A stretch of 64,000 nt of DNA from the human T2T-CHM13v2.0 reference genome, Homo sapiens, in NCBI RefSeq assembly GCF_009914755.1, contig NC_060933.1. One strand, 5' to 3'. The notes below the pieces were generated by a model, which searched no databases, was not told where the DNA came from, and saw only the letters and a program-made list of their open reading frames with translations. Positions 1 through 20,296 of the stretch are shown piece by piece (position 1 is the stretch's first letter; each line of letters opens with the position of its first letter). Both the position numbers and the translations under genes were made by a program.

Positions 1-240
1 AAAGCCTTCTCTACCTGTTCAGCGCACTCGATTGTGGTCATCTTATTCTACGGTTCAGCCCTTTTTATGTACATGAAACCCAAGTCAAAGAACACTAATA
101 CATCTGATGAGATTATTGGGCTGTCTTATGGAGTGGTAAGCCCAATGTTAAATCCCATCATCTATAGCCTCAGGAATAAAGAGGTCAAAGAGGCTGTAAA
201 GAAAGTCCTGAGCAGACATCTGCATTTATTGAAAATGTGA
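1..240 (+). CDS. OR13D1: Olfactory receptor 13D1, 3' part (TM6-TM7 and C-terminus); the 5' part lies upstream of the window
   Basis: Frame 1 reads [18 protein letters not shown]...[33 protein letters not shown], with the OR motifs KAFSTCxxH and PMLNPxIYSLRN. The C-terminus matches OR13D1 as recalled, and its position about 52 kb upstream of NIPSNAP3A fits. Confidence 0.9.
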   Translation, partial: KAFSTCSAHSIVVILFYGSALFMYMKPKSKNTNTSDEIIGLSYGVVSPMLNPIIYSLRNKEVKEAVKKVLSRHLHLLKM

Positions 241-486
241 AAAACCTTGGGCATGCGATATCCTCAATGGGGCAAGAGAGCTTGTCTTTTGTATTTAGAT
301 ACTGCAAAACCTACTGTCACGAGAGCTTGTGTGTTTGCAAAACCAACTATTAGATTCCCATTCTTTTCAACGTAGAATTTTCATGCTCATGTAACCTTCT
401 TAATAGTGCCTTGTCTGCTGGGTTTGTAGCTGTAAGCAGTTCTGCAAACTGGCCCTATAAAAATATTGATGCTGTCCATTAAAATG

Positions 487-662
487 AATCTCTCTCTCTC
501 ACTCAGTCTCTCTCTCTGTCTGTCTCTCTTTCTTCTCTCTCCTGCCATGTGTGTGTCTCTCTCTACTCCTCTGATTTTGTCCTCTCTCTCTATTCTGCTA
601 CTCTCTCTCCTCTCCTCCGTATATTTTCTTTCTCTTCCTTTCTTTTCTGTTGTCTCCTTTCT
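487..662. repeat. CT-rich polypyrimidine low-complexity tract
   Basis: (CT)n and TC-rich run; source of the spurious ORF 466..687. Confidence 0.85.
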
Positions 663-789
663 CAGTCACTTTGAAGTGGATATATAGTTGTTGTGCAGCA
701 TCCCTGCACAATATTGCCACCCAATTGACAGATCTGCATAATATATATTAATAGAAAGATGTATATTTTTCTTTTAATGAACCAAAGTC

Positions 790-888
790 CCCCACTCTCA
801 GTCTATGTTGTACATGGTGGGGCTGACCCAAACCTCTGAAAATAAAGATAAGCATGGAAGAGGTCTTGGCAAAAAAAAAAAAAAAAAA

Positions 889-963
<75 letters not shown>

Positions 964-1335
964 GATGTCTAATTCCTCTAGTCATAGTGATTGGTATAGT
1001 GCAGGATGTGACCCGAGCCATACTAATTAGACTCCATCCCAGGAATGCTGCCTTTGTCAGAAAGACACACTGTTTTTTGAAATGGTGTCTAAACTGGTAG
1101 AATGTTAACTCAGAATTCCTACTGGCAACCATTGCCAATATGTGAGGACAGCATGAGAATGAAAGCAGAGCTGAGATACAGAGTGTGCTTGATGGTGTCA
1201 CTTTAACTCTTGAACGCAGCTGTAGCTAAAGCCAGATTCACCGTTGCAGATTTTATTTATGAGTCAAATTAGCATTTTATGAAAAACTAATTTGACCTGG
1301 ATTTTACCACATACGACAAAATAAATCCTAATATA
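790..1335 (+). mobile_element. Old MaLR (MLT1-type) LTR, diverged
   Basis: MLT1-like segments (gtgacccgagcc...aattagactc; cagctgtagctaaagccaga...tatgagtcaaat). Boundaries approximate. Confidence 0.5.
871..962 (+). repeat. A20(GAAA)18 microsatellite
   Basis: A20 at 871-890, then 18 perfect GAAA units at 891-962. Confidence 0.97.
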
Positions 1336-1950
1336 TTCCTTTGTCCTATCTTCCTCTCCATCCTCTTACATTTTAAGGCAATAATAATAATAACAAGGTA
1401 TGTAATCTGAGAGGTTCCAAGTTCTCCAGCCTGTAGGAGTTCCCTTTCTCATTAATAACTAAATTACAATAATCTAACCTCTATTCTGCATTACTTCAGG
1501 CATTTCAGTCATCTCCCCAATTATTTCTATGGAGCATTTACGTTTCTAATTTTTTGTTCTCATATTTTTCATCAAATTGATTTATGGACTTCTTACCATT
1601 TTTCTCTGTGCTTCAATCAATATATTGGTACTTGAAATAACTGCATTTTGCTTTTCTACATAATGTTTTTTAGTTTAATAAACATTGTCATTTGGTGGAT
1701 TATGGTAGATTACTGTGTTATATATAAATACATATAAGTAGTAATAAGCCAAATTAAGGCAGAATTCCCTTAAGGGTGTTGCATATCTGATTTTGTCCAC
1801 TCTGGGGACCAGAATCATAACTGTAATAGATTAGACAGGGCTCACTTAATTCAGTTATACAGAGATATAATTCCTAGATTATATGGAACTCAGAATTTGA
1901 CAAAAACAAAAATAACTAATCTATTAATCTACAGGATAAAAATTTTTAAA

Positions 1951-2070
1951 GCCTGGTATGGTGGTGCATGCCTGTAATCCAAGCTGCTTTGGAGGCTGAA
2001 GTGGGAAGACTGCTTGAGCCCAGGAGTTCGAAACCAGCCTGGGCAACATAATGAGATCCCATCTCAAAAA
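1951..2070 (+). mobile_element. Alu monomer (FLAM-like)
   Basis: gcctggtatggtggtgcatgcctgtaatcc...gagcccaggagttcgaaaccagcctgggcaacat...catctcaaaaaa. Confidence 0.85.
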
Positions 2071-2099
2071 AGTGAGAGAGAGATTTTAAAATGTTTTAA

Positions 2100-2530
2100 A
2101 TTCCTTACCATGGTATACCAGACCCATATAATCTTAACCCCACCTAGTTTTACCACTTCATTTCCTACCACCTAACGATATTCATTAGACTCTCATTACA
2201 CTCTCATTTCACTACCTTCTTGTTTCTCAAATATGCCAAAGCCTTTGCCTTTATTATTCCTTCTATCTGGGACACTCCTCCCCTCGATCTTCCAAGGGTT
2301 CCCTCTGTCATTTCAAATAAGTTTTTGCATAAATGTCTAATATATTCGTCTTATAAAAGTTGTAACATGTTTTTTTTTCCACAGCATTTCACTCCTTTAA
2401 AATGCTGTATGTATTTATCTTTTCTATGGATTTATTGTCTATTTTCTACAGGAAAAGTTCCTTGTAAGCAGGTACTTCTCCTTATCTATTGCTATCTTTT
2501 CCCAGTGTGTAGATCAATGAGAGGCAAATA
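2100..2530 (+). mobile_element. L2 LINE 3' fragment
   Basis: L2-like segments (gcctttgcctttattattccttctatctgggac; aagttccttgtaagcagg). Heavily diverged. Confidence 0.5.
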
Positions 2531-3402
2531 ATAGCTAATACATAGGCATTGGATGTGAAAAAGCATTCTGTAAAGCAATATTATGAACTTACTTTGGAGT
2601 ATATTCATACATAAATGTATGCTTCCTTCTGACTAAATAACTAGCAGGAACCCTAAGACCAGTAGTTAAAGGACTATATTCTATACATTCCCAGTACTAT
2701 CTTCTTTCCACACACTTTTCAATCCAGGTTCTGTTGATTCTCTTATATGTTGACATGAGCTTCTCATTCCATAATGTCTGTGCTGAAATCAGTCACTACA
2801 TCTTGCAGGAATTTGATTTGTCTGGAGAAAGTCATTTGTCATTGCATTTGAAAATACAAAGACAATTTTAATATATGCTTTATTAATTGATTTTTGTGAA
2901 GGTTTGTTTCAGAGTGTACTGCAAATTACTGCATACATGTTGTCCATTGCTATGGAAGTACTTTTGTTTCATTTTTCCCTTCTCTTTTTAAAACGTCAGA
3001 ATAAATTTCTGTCTCAAAATTTATCTAAGTGCTTGTTATCTTTTTTGCAGACTCTATCATAGTCAATGTTTTCTATTGTGCTGTTGGTTGAAGAGAGGAT
3101 AGTAATATAATTCTACTGCTGTACAGAGTCCCTTCTTGATTAAGGTCCAGGCAGTAAGTTTCCTATTTTACACTAACATACTACTTCTTGGGAAACTCCA
3201 TTTGGCATACCCTCTGATGGAAATAATTCAGTGAAATACCAATTATTAATGTAGTAACTGCTTGAAAAAGTAGAAGATAGTATTACCAGACTCTAAAAAC
3301 ATTTACAAATGTAACATCCTTGAAAGAATATTTGATTTTTGATTCCAAATATCTCTTACACATAATGTTAAAAAGGTTAAACTCGACATAACACAAATTT
3401 TG

Positions 3403-3675
3403 GGCCAGGCGCAGTGGCTCATACCTGTAATCCCAGTACTTTGGGAGGCCGAGGCGGGCAGACCACGAGGTCAGGAAATTGAGACCATCCTGGCTAACAC
3501 GGTGAAACCCCGTGTCTACTAAAAATACAAAAAATTAGCCGGGCGTGTTGACACAAGCCTGTAGTCCCAGCTACTCAGGAGGCTGAGGCAGGAGAATCGC
3601 TTGAACCTGGGAGGCGGAGGTTGCAGTGAGCCAAGATCGTGCCACCGCAATCCAGCCTGGGCGACAAAGCAGAGT
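3403..3675 (+). mobile_element. Alu (AluSc/AluY-like)
   Basis: Full dimer with gagaccatcctggctaacacggtg; tail replaced by a purine-rich repeat. Confidence 0.95.
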
Positions 3676-3827
3676 TGAAAGAAAGAAGGAAGGAAAGAAA
3701 GGAAAGGAAAGGGGAGGGGAGGGGAGGGGAGGGGAGGGGAGGGGAGGGGAGGGGAGGGAAGGGGAGGGAAGGGAAGGGGGGAAGAAAAGAAAGAAAGAGA
3801 GAGAAAGGAAGGAAAGAAAAGAAAAAG
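3676..3827 (+). repeat. Purine-only tract (GAAA/GGAA with a (GGGGA)n core) at the Alu tail
   Basis: About 150 nt of A/G only, with (GGGGA)n at about 3711-3758. Confidence 0.95.
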
Positions 3828-4068
3828 CTCAAATGTCTCAAAACTATAAATAATTCTTAATTGGGAGAAATATACTCACACCTTAAAAAACAAATCAACA
3901 GTACCAGAGACGAAGACATTTAAGTGAAAATTTTTAAATGTATCAATAAGGAGGGCTACTTTTATAAGGGAAAACGCATATACTATTGTCAAGAATAAAA
4001 ACTTTTTTCAGACTGATCATTTTAGAAGAAATTTGAAAAAGAATATACTTGTAAAAAAAGACAACTGA

Positions 4069-4441
<373 letters not shown>

Positions 4442-5077
4442 TCAACTAGAGTTTTTATGGAAGCATAGGTAATTCCCATAATGCATAAAAATACTTTAAA
4501 TAATACATGATAAATACTACATAAAATACTTTTAAAATAATGTATATCGTATTATTTTAAAACTGAGGCTAAGAATAATGGGCACCCTTGTAAAATCCTA
4601 ACTTGAGAGAGAAAGTAATGCTAGCTTTATTAATACCTCTCATCACTTATTTCTAGAGGCTGTTGTATGGAACTCAGTCATGGGAAGAGGATCCTCCTTC
4701 TCCATCTAACAATCTACCTGAATGGCATCACTTGTGTGCCTTACTGTTTAAAAAGCATAAAAATCTAAATTTACAGTATTAAAAAAATGACATAGGGAGG
4801 AGGGTAAGCTTCTTTTATATTACCTGTAGATCTTTATTAAACTGGACTTCATAAGTGTTTCTGATACATGAAATTTTTCTTGGCATGCCATAAATGGTTT
4901 TCCAAAGAAATTTAGGATGATCACTTCCAGTATGGCCGTGTAAGCTCCTAACTCTAATGCATATAACAGTATAATGGATATGGATATGGACAAAGTACAT
5001 AAAACAAACATTAGTCAATGTAAAAAGCAGACAGATTCAGGATGGATTTGAAACTCAGAAAAAGGAAAATTATGAGT

Positions 5078-5638
5078 TGAGTTGGAGAAGAGCAAAGATC
5101 ATCTGGTGGCTTGAGTTGGAGAAGAGCAAAGATCATCTGGTGGCTATCAAGCAAACCATCCAGAGGCAAAACTCCTTATCTGAAGAATTTAGAAGTAATT
5201 AGACTTCCCTATTATCTAAAGCAGGCATCTGGTACCAGGCTTCTTTCCCCCAAATTAATAAATAACTAGAATTTCTATACATCTCAGGAATGCATGCATG
5301 GCGAAATTCATTGTGCAAACTTTGCTGACATCAAGGCACAAAAATGCCTACAAATATAATCATTTATCATGACCTACAGGACTAATAAGGTCCAAATTGT
5401 CCTTAAACTCCTGCTTTAAGGTCCATACATACCTCTAAAGAAAAATCCACTACAGTGTGCTCAGTCCTCTCTTGCTGAGTCGCACTCAGACGCACCCAGA
5501 AGAGTCGCACTCTTCTGCAGAGTTTTCTCCTTCTAATGACACTTGCCTTTTCAAACCTATACTGTTGTCAGTAAATTCTTCTTACCACCTGTGAACCAAC
5601 CACTTTCCACTGCCAGGGCTCTAACATCTCACCCTGCA
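5078..5638 (+). mobile_element. ERV1 solo LTR (MER83/MER84-like)
   Basis: TG...CA termini with 4-bp target-site duplication (TSD) GAGT at 5074-5077 and 5639-5642. Internal ggcaaaactccttatctgaagaatttagaagtaattagacttccc resembles MER83/84. Confidence 0.7.
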
Positions 5639-5899
5639 GAGTTGTTCACATTTACGGCTTCTAGCCCAAGGGCAGTCAATGCTGCATAAGATAAAACTCT
5701 GATAGAAAATTGCAGTGACAAGTGTAACCACTTTAAAATGGCAGGGAAACCTGAAAAAGAGAAAGCTAGAGAGAAAAAGCCATGAACTGGGCAACATACA
5801 CTCTGCCCTAATTCTGGTTGCCCCAAGCCCTGCATGCATGGGGAAGACTTAATAAGCCCAGCCACAATAAAGAGCTGAAATAAGATTCAAGACAGAACG

Positions 5900-6760
5900 T
5901 CTCATTTGAGTAAAATCAACTTGATTACCTGTTAAAACAAAAACATCAACATGTTTAAATAACAGATGCTACAGTCTTCACAACATTACATCCACCATGT
6001 CCAGATACAATCCCAAATAACTCTATGTCCAAAAAAAAAAACCAGAAAAATGAGTCCTAATCTAAAATATAACAGAATCAACTGAGACAAGTTTGGAATA
6101 GAACCAGATTAGTAAAAGATTTAAACAGGCACTTCACCAAAGGAGATACACAAATAACCAATAAGCTCATGAACACATGAATGTTCAACATCAGTAGTCG
6201 CTATGGAAGTGCAAAGTAAACCACAAGAGTTTCACATCATCCAGAATGCTGAAAATTAAAAAGATTGATAGCACCAAATATTCAAAAGAATGGGAAGTAA
6301 GTCTCTACATTCCCAGTAAGAATGTAAATGGTACAACCACGTTGGGAAAGGGGCTAACAATTTCTTATAAAACGAAGCATATACCATATACCTATAATTC
6401 ATCAATTATGCTCCTATGTATGTACCCAATAGAAATGAAAATGTCTTCAGAAAGAGACTTATACAAGAATGTCCATTGCAGTCTTTTCATAATAGCCAAT
6501 CACTGGAGATAACCCAAGTGCCAATCAATAAGCAAATGGGTTGACAAACTATGGTCTAATCATACAACAAAATACTACTCAGTATGGTGAAAAAAAAGGA
6601 ATAAATTACTGATACATGCAACAATGTGAATGGATTTCAAAAACAATGCTAGATGGAAGAAGCCTTCAAAATAGAGTACATACTCAAGTTCTGAAATAGG
6701 TAAAAATAATCAGTGGTATTAAAATATCAGAAATGTGGTTGCCTTGGTATAGCTGCAGCA
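5900..6760 (+). mobile_element. Old L1M fragments (ORF1-start and ORF2-end/3'UTR remnants)
   Basis: aacaggcacttcaccaaaggagatacacaaataaccaataagc; tactgatacatgcaacaatgtgaatggatttcaaaaac. Confidence 0.7.
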
Positions 6761-7629
6761 CAATAATTAATATGTTTTAACCAGTGTGTTTAAGTATTTA
6801 CATTTAATGTGAATATTTATGTTTGATTATTCATACTCATTTGGTGTTTGTTTTTAACATACTATGCTTTTTAATTTTTTTGACAAGTTTCCTGCCTTCT
6901 ATTGAATTGATGAGATTTTATTTGCTTCCTTTTATTCCCTTGACTGCTTTAGGATTATTATATCCTATTTCTATTGTTGTTGTATTTCCCTTAAATTTTT
7001 ATGATAGTTGTTTAACTTACCAAATTCTCTAGTTAATATCTCTGCAATCCTCCTGAATATTATAGAACTTTAAGATGTTTATATCTGATTTCTAACTGCC
7101 ACATAGCCTTCCATGTTACTGATGTTTACATTTTCACCTTGTATTGTCCCCCAGTTTATTGCTATCTTTTTAAGTAAAATTAGTGACCACTTGGATTGAC
7201 CCATATATTTGCCAATTTCTGTGCATACTATGATTTTTTTTCATGCCATGACTTTCATCTGGGTACAGTTTCTTTGGGGGGGCATTCTATGTATGGTAAA
7301 AATCTCTTGGTCTAAAAGTATCTTTATTTGCCTTTCTCTCTTGAAAGATGGTCTAGTCTGGTATAGAATTGTAGGATTTCAGTTATCTTTCTTGAGCAAT
7401 TTAAAAATAAGTTTCCTTTGGCTTTGGGTCCCTATTCTAATGGATGACACTTCTATTCTTTATTTTAAACTATTTGACAAAATAAATACTACGCATATTA
7501 CATGATATTAAAACTTAATGGGATTATTCATCATTAAGAGGAGTCTGATCTTCATTGTTCTTATTTCTATTTGGATGCTTTCACACATTATTTTATTTAA
7601 TCCTCAAAATAATCAGTATCTTCATTTTA

Positions 7630-7953
<324 letters not shown>

Positions 7954-7954
7954 A

Positions 7955-13670
<5,716 letters not shown>

Positions 13671-13671
13671 T

Positions 13672-14010
13672 TATACATATACTCAAGCAAAAAGCAATAA
13701 ATTGACAAAGATTGACCATGAGATAATAGAGATGATGCAATGAGCACAGAATTTTCAAGTGGATATTATAGCTATGCTCAAGAACTTTTTAAATGTTCAT
13801 ATGAATAAACAAATACGAAATCTTAACAAAGAAAAACCAAACTATAAAAAAGGACCAACTGAAAATTCTAGAAAAAGTGCAATATCTACTATTTTTAAAA
13901 AATTGGAGAGTTTAACAACAGAGTAAAGATGGCATAAGAAAAAAATCAGTATAAGTAAAAGTAGATCAAGACTAGTTATGCAATTAAAAAACAGAGGAAT
14001 AAAAAGACTT
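13672..14010 (+). mobile_element. Old L1M ORF1 fragment
   Basis: attatagctatgctcaag...accaactgaaaattctagaaaaagtgcaata resembles the L1M ORF1 coiled-coil region. Confidence 0.55.
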
Positions 14011-14019
14011 TCCAGAATT

Positions 14020-14520
14020 GCCTGTACAACAGTAATCTCCTTTCTGCCTTGAAAAACCTGGATTTTTTTTTTAACTATCAGGCAGCATCATATTCAGGAA
14101 TGGTGGGACCAGAGAAGCATGACATTTTGGATTAACATGGTAACATCATCTCCTTTATAACTGATATTTTAGAGGTAGGCATATGACCTAGTTCTGGAAA
14201 ATGAGAATGAGAATGAATGAGCTGGGGCTTCTGGGAATGTTTCTCGCCCTGAAAAACAGCAATAAACAGGTACATGACCTATGTTCCTGCCTCTTGAAGT
14301 GTAAGGATTTGATTTCCGGAGCTGCAAGCATACCAATAATAGCCAGGAAAAAGGAGAAAAATAAAAACAGCAAAAGCCTTGTGTCCTTGATGACTTTTCT
14401 GAACCTTGAAACCACCAAACTATGGACTTCTTACTATGTGAGATAATAAATACTTCATCATACAATACACATTAAGGTTGCATTTTCTCTAAATTGTATC
14501 AAACGGAATCCTTGCTAAAC
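14020..14520 (+). mobile_element. MLT1-type LTR
   Basis: ggcatatgacctagttctgg; ggagctgcaagcatacc; tggacttcttactatgtgagataataaatac. Confidence 0.6.
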
Positions 14521-15690
14521 AGCAAAACTTACTCAAGGCCTACTTCCCTAAGAGTTCACTGAGTCCCATGATCAGATAAGGTAACAACTTCTTCCTTTGA
14601 GCCAGGACTTTTTCTTTTGAACACATGCCCTACTTGGTCTTGAATAGTCATGGTTTGCCCTTTTCCAGCATAATTATTAATTGCATTCCCTTTTACTCTA
14701 AAAAAAACTGCATTTGGAGGAAACTTTTAAAATCCCCATATCTATTTTATTTTGACCCTTCTAATAGTTTCATTTTAGATTATCTTCTGCTTATTTATAT
14801 ACTCCCCACTAAATGACAGGGCAAGAACTTATATTTTTTGTTGTATATTTTTTATTTTTATTTTTATTTTATTTTATTTTTATTTTATATTTTTTATTGT
14901 TGTATATCCCCACAACAATGAGTGAACATATTTGGCATCAAAATTTAGCAAAAGGTCTGTCACATAGTTGAATATTAAAAGAAAAGGTAAATAGAACTGA
15001 AACAGAAATGATACATATTCCATATAATTCAACCACAATTGTTACTCTTTTCAAATTATAGGTTCCATCCTCTTATTTCATAGTATATTTACTATAGACG
15101 CGCTGATGTTTTCACGAAAGTGAATGTTCTCCTAACTAAGGCCTACACAATTGCACAAGTGCTGGAAAAACATAAGTGGGATAGAACTAAAACACTAGAA
15201 TCTGGAGTTGGCACAGCAGGGTCAGGGGCCAGAAGAAGACAGAAGATAAGGAGTTAGAGGAGCTGGTTAAGAAGCCATGGCAGGAGTGTGTCCATTCCCT
15301 TGAGGTTGTGCATCCACAACTTTGATTATTACACCCTTATGTCTGCTTCATCCCACTAAGAAAAAAACGTACATCACACTCATTTTCCATTCTATAAGAA
15401 GGACATTATGAGAATTTCTGACAATGAGAATTGGCTTTTATTCATAGAGAATTAGAATAAATGGAATCTCTGAGTCCAGTCTTCCAACAGTGTCTTACCT
15501 TCAAAAAGTCAAAGAAAAGTATAAAAGTATAAAAGAATTCTCATAGTCTGAGAATGCAATAGAAAACTGTTTCACTTCCACTTGTTACATGTGTTTTTAC
15601 CCTCTCCATTTTCGTTTTTAAAATATTATAACATTTATTCAAATTGCTTAATAAAATGAGAAAACACATACAACATAATGTTAATTTTAA

Positions 15691-16035
<345 letters not shown>

Positions 16036-19000
16036 TAAGTTTTTATTATAGGTAGTATATGCATAAAAAAAGTCAAAATATCAATAGTTATATCTGAAAT
16101 TATGGGTGACTTTCATTTCCTCCTTTGGGCTTTTCTGAATGTCCCAAATTTTCTACAATGAATATGTGTTATTTCTATAATCAGGAAAAAATGAATTCAA
16201 AGTTAAAGAAAAATTGCTGTTTAATAAGTAAGGTACCCTTAGGTCTTTGAGACATTATTCTTAATGTATCTAAAAGTTGCCACCTTCATCGAGACTTAGT
16301 GATTCAACTTTAAATCACTGGTGGGATTACACAGTCTCTTAGATGAAAACAAGGGAGGATTTAAATTGGCTACTAGAGCTACTGGTGGGTCCTCTGGAAA
16401 AACTTAGGGCCCAGAGGTTAGAGAGTACTTAGGTCGATGCAGATTGATTTACTATTGATTCATACTTGTGACATGAATTTCTACTGGGGATGAAAGCTTT
16501 ATTTTCAGTCTGCCCCCTCACCGCTACTAACAGTCATCTGGAACTGAGGGATAGTTGCCTATGGTTTCTACAGCAAGACTGTAGTACAGAGAGAAAGTCG
16601 CTATGACTCAAACAAATCTGAAGACGAACAGCCACAGTGACTTCTGTATATAGACAGAAAAAGATAGTGACACACTAGAGAAAAAGAATGCTGAAGAGAA
16701 ATGTCTGTGCTTATGTCTACAATGGCTTTGTTGTTTTGAAGACTGAAGTTGCAATAAGCCATGTTATTTATTGTACATGGCAAATTTGAGGATTTCTACA
16801 CTGATGCCTAAATAAGGACAATTAGAGCAGAGTTTATTTTCAGAAAGGAGAGGGAATATGTGAACTAGGAATTAGGAATGATTATTTTATTTGAAAAGTT
16901 TGGAATATAACAGTGAAAAAAAATCAAGGGAAATAAGGTATTACTGGATGAAGAAAATACTTGGATACTTATGCAGATCACTTTAAATTAGTTTTTCTCA
17001 CCATGAAAAATCAAAGAATAGCAGCCTTAGGAGTTTGGATTAAACTAACATTACGTATTTGTACTGCCTTTGTGCCAAGACCTTTCGGGTATGTTATGTT
17101 AATCCTCACAACAACCCTACAAAGTACATACCGTTACCTCATTGTACATCATTGTCACTTCCAAGAAGACTGCTCTTTCCATTAAAACATAGTACTTCTC
17201 CATAAAGATGCCTTACTAGCAGGAAGAACAAAGGCGTAAGAGAAATGGATCACAGTGGGCTTCCATGGTGCAGCCCTAGAAATGATTAGAACATAATATC
17301 CTGATGTGTTAATAAATCCCAGAGGCATCCCCACCACTCAGATAGAGACTCCTACGACAGAAGAGCTTAAAGCTTCGTTTGTATTCCTAGCAATGTTAGT
17401 GAAAAAACACAGAATAATCTTAAGGCTGTGTAAAGAAAGGAAAAGAAGACTTAATTTTAACTCACCCAGTATTGCTTATTATCAACTCCTTTCAGGGCTC
17501 CTAGAGAGTCATTTATTTGGACAAGCATTGGGGATCTCCTTGTTCTTCTCATATTGTGAAGAGCAAAGGTGTTTATAAACGGTAGGAAAAATCTGGATGA
17601 AGCAGGATATAGATGTAATATTTAGTGCTGAAATTCCCTCCTGAAGAAACCTTTCCTGCTGGGTGTAACATATCCTGCTTCAAAAGGTTCCTTGGGTTAA
17701 AATCAGGCAAACTGGGTGAGTGCTCATGTTTTACAACTACTCTCTCCTACTAGTAAACATGGGAGAAGGGTGAATGTTTCACAATCCACAGTTCTCAAAT
17801 GAAGTTTGCTTTCTTCCCATAGGTGATGCCCAATACTGAGAACCGATCTATGATGGAGCCTTTGGGGAGAGAAGAATAAAACCTGGAGAATCAACAAACT
17901 GAAATTCTACATTTTTATAACAAAGAAAAAAGCAGAGGTAACAGAAGCCCCTGATGTTTCCCTAGGCTCCCTCCCACCCACCAGGCATCGCCTCTATCTT
18001 TTTTTTTTCTTGTGTGATACTGCCGGATGCTCTACAGTGCTTCCTATCAGCACTGCTAAGCTTGATCACATTCTAAATGGTGGGTTCTAGAATCTTTTTG
18101 CAATAACTGAGGCTGTATCAGTATGTCTGATGATGGTGGATATAAGTGTTAGATCGATTGGTGGACATAAGAACACTAAATGGCATTGAATTAATCTATG
18201 TAATATGATAGAACATAAAGCCCCACTCCAATTTCCTGTCCATTGTCTGTTTTATTCCCTACTTGGTTTTTAGAGAAAACTGTCCATTCTACACATTCTT
18301 GCCACAATTATCTTCCAAGAAAAATGTGAAAATACTATTTCTGATACATATAGTAATAAAATATAGGTTAATTTAAAATTGTTCGGAAAATATGGAGAAG
18401 ATAAATTATTAGTGCCCTAAGTCTCACATTCCAGAGAAAACCACAGTTAACATTTTGGTGTCATTTCTTCAGACACATAAGTACAAAATTGCAATCATTT
18501 ATATTATTAGAAACTTCTTTTTTGTAATATTATATATGTGCATTGTCCCTTTTCCTTATTCTTCTCCAAGGCTACAATTTGCAATGGTGGTAGTCTCTGA
18601 CAGATTAAATAGTCTCACATGTATACCACGCCCATCACACGCCAGAAAGTCAGCATTCTAGAAGAAAAACTTATAGCTGTTAAAGCATGATTGAACTTGA
18701 AATATGATAGTACATGCAATGATATTTTTTCTATTGTTGGATCATTCAGGGGAAGATGTTATATAATAATGCATTTTTGAATGACTTTTAGGAAAATGCC
18801 TCCAGTTTCTCACCATTTGTAATTATACTGACCAACTGTTAAAGAGAAATAATCTTCATTATCTTAATGAATTATCCTCCTAAGCTTAGATTACTGAGAC
18901 ATTTTACTAAGAGTGAATGTTGTATTCTATCAAATGCTTTTTGGCATCTAGTTAGGTAACAATGCATTTTACTTTTGTTACCTATTTGCTTCATATATTG

Positions 19001-20205
19001 ATAGATTTCTAACTTGGAATTCCTTGTATTAATAAAAACAAATGACATTATTTTACTATACAGTTTGGATGTACTCTGTATTTCTGTACATGTATTTCAT
19101 AAGTTGGATTGATCGTAGTTTTATTGAGAGTTTTCAGTAAAAGGCTATCTTAGGTTGATAAAATAATTTGCAAACTGTACTATTAACTTTTTTTACATGA
19201 GAATAAGTTACATAGCACATAAATTATTTGTTTCTTATAAGTATAAAATAATTATCAAAACCATTCTTTACCCAGTGTCCATTTTGGGAGTGTAGTACTC
19301 ACAGTGGGATCCCTATCAGGTATCACACAGTATATATGGCATAGTATGTGTTCAATAAACGAGTAAGTGGAGGTTGCTGTGGGGGCTAAAAGCACATCGT
19401 AGGGGCATCCTACTCAAAGAGGTGAAAAAGTTTTCCTAGAAAATATCTAAATTGAGAGAAGTCCTTCCAGCTTAAGAAAACAGCATGTACAAATGAATGG
19501 AGAAAAAAGGCACTATTTGGGGGAGGGAAAAAGAAACTCAGCATGCTCATTGCAGAGCATCGGGGGTGTCAGTAGGAACTTTGGAATTTCTACATTAGAG
19601 GGGCCTAGGGATGACAGTGTGGTCGGATGATGGGCTAGAGGGCTTTTCTTGAAGTTGTGTTGCATAGCAGACATACTGTTTTTCCTAAGACTGTATTTCT
19701 CTGCTTATGTGTCTTTTGTGGGGAAGCTGGTGAATATTATTGAGAAGCAAACCCACTCAATAACGCCTTCCTTGACATTATCATGGGAGAAGAAATGGCT
19801 GAAGTGGGGAAAAAAAAGGGAACTGAGGGAGTTGAGACAGGTTTTTGTGATAGGTTAATGGTTTTTTTGTGAAGTTATTCTTTGTCTTCTCTTATTCACC
19901 CTTAATTCTGGAAAAATATGCTCCCTTACCTGGGACCCTTTTTGAACAGAGAAAATGACAGTCATTTCTTCTTCACCCCTTTCTCCTCAACAATCTCACT
20001 CTAGGATAGAAGTATTAAGTTTAGCACACTTTCTTTAACAGTAAAAATGACCCCTTTTCCTTCTCCTTCTTCTTTTCTCCTTCTCTCCCTTCATAACAAC
20101 TATCTTCCAACAAATTGAAACTTCTGCCTTAACTGATTTCTTTGTGGAAATAAGTCCATGTGCCAATGTGACTAGAAACAGGAAAGGATGTGTGGAAGAA
20201 GGAAA

Positions 20206-20296
20206 TATTTTCTAATATACTAAGATAGTGGTACCAACATCTTTTTTCACTCTATTTTCTAATATACTAAGATAGTGGTACCAACATCTTTTTTCA
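20206..20296. repeat. 44-bp identical direct repeat, period 47
   Basis: tattttctaatatactaagatagtggtaccaacatcttttttca at 20206-20249 and 20253-20296. Confidence 0.95.

Noticed and set aside
466-1201. Hydrophobic membrane-like ORFs 466..687 and 803..1201
   Set aside because: They are translations of CT and GAAA simple repeats.
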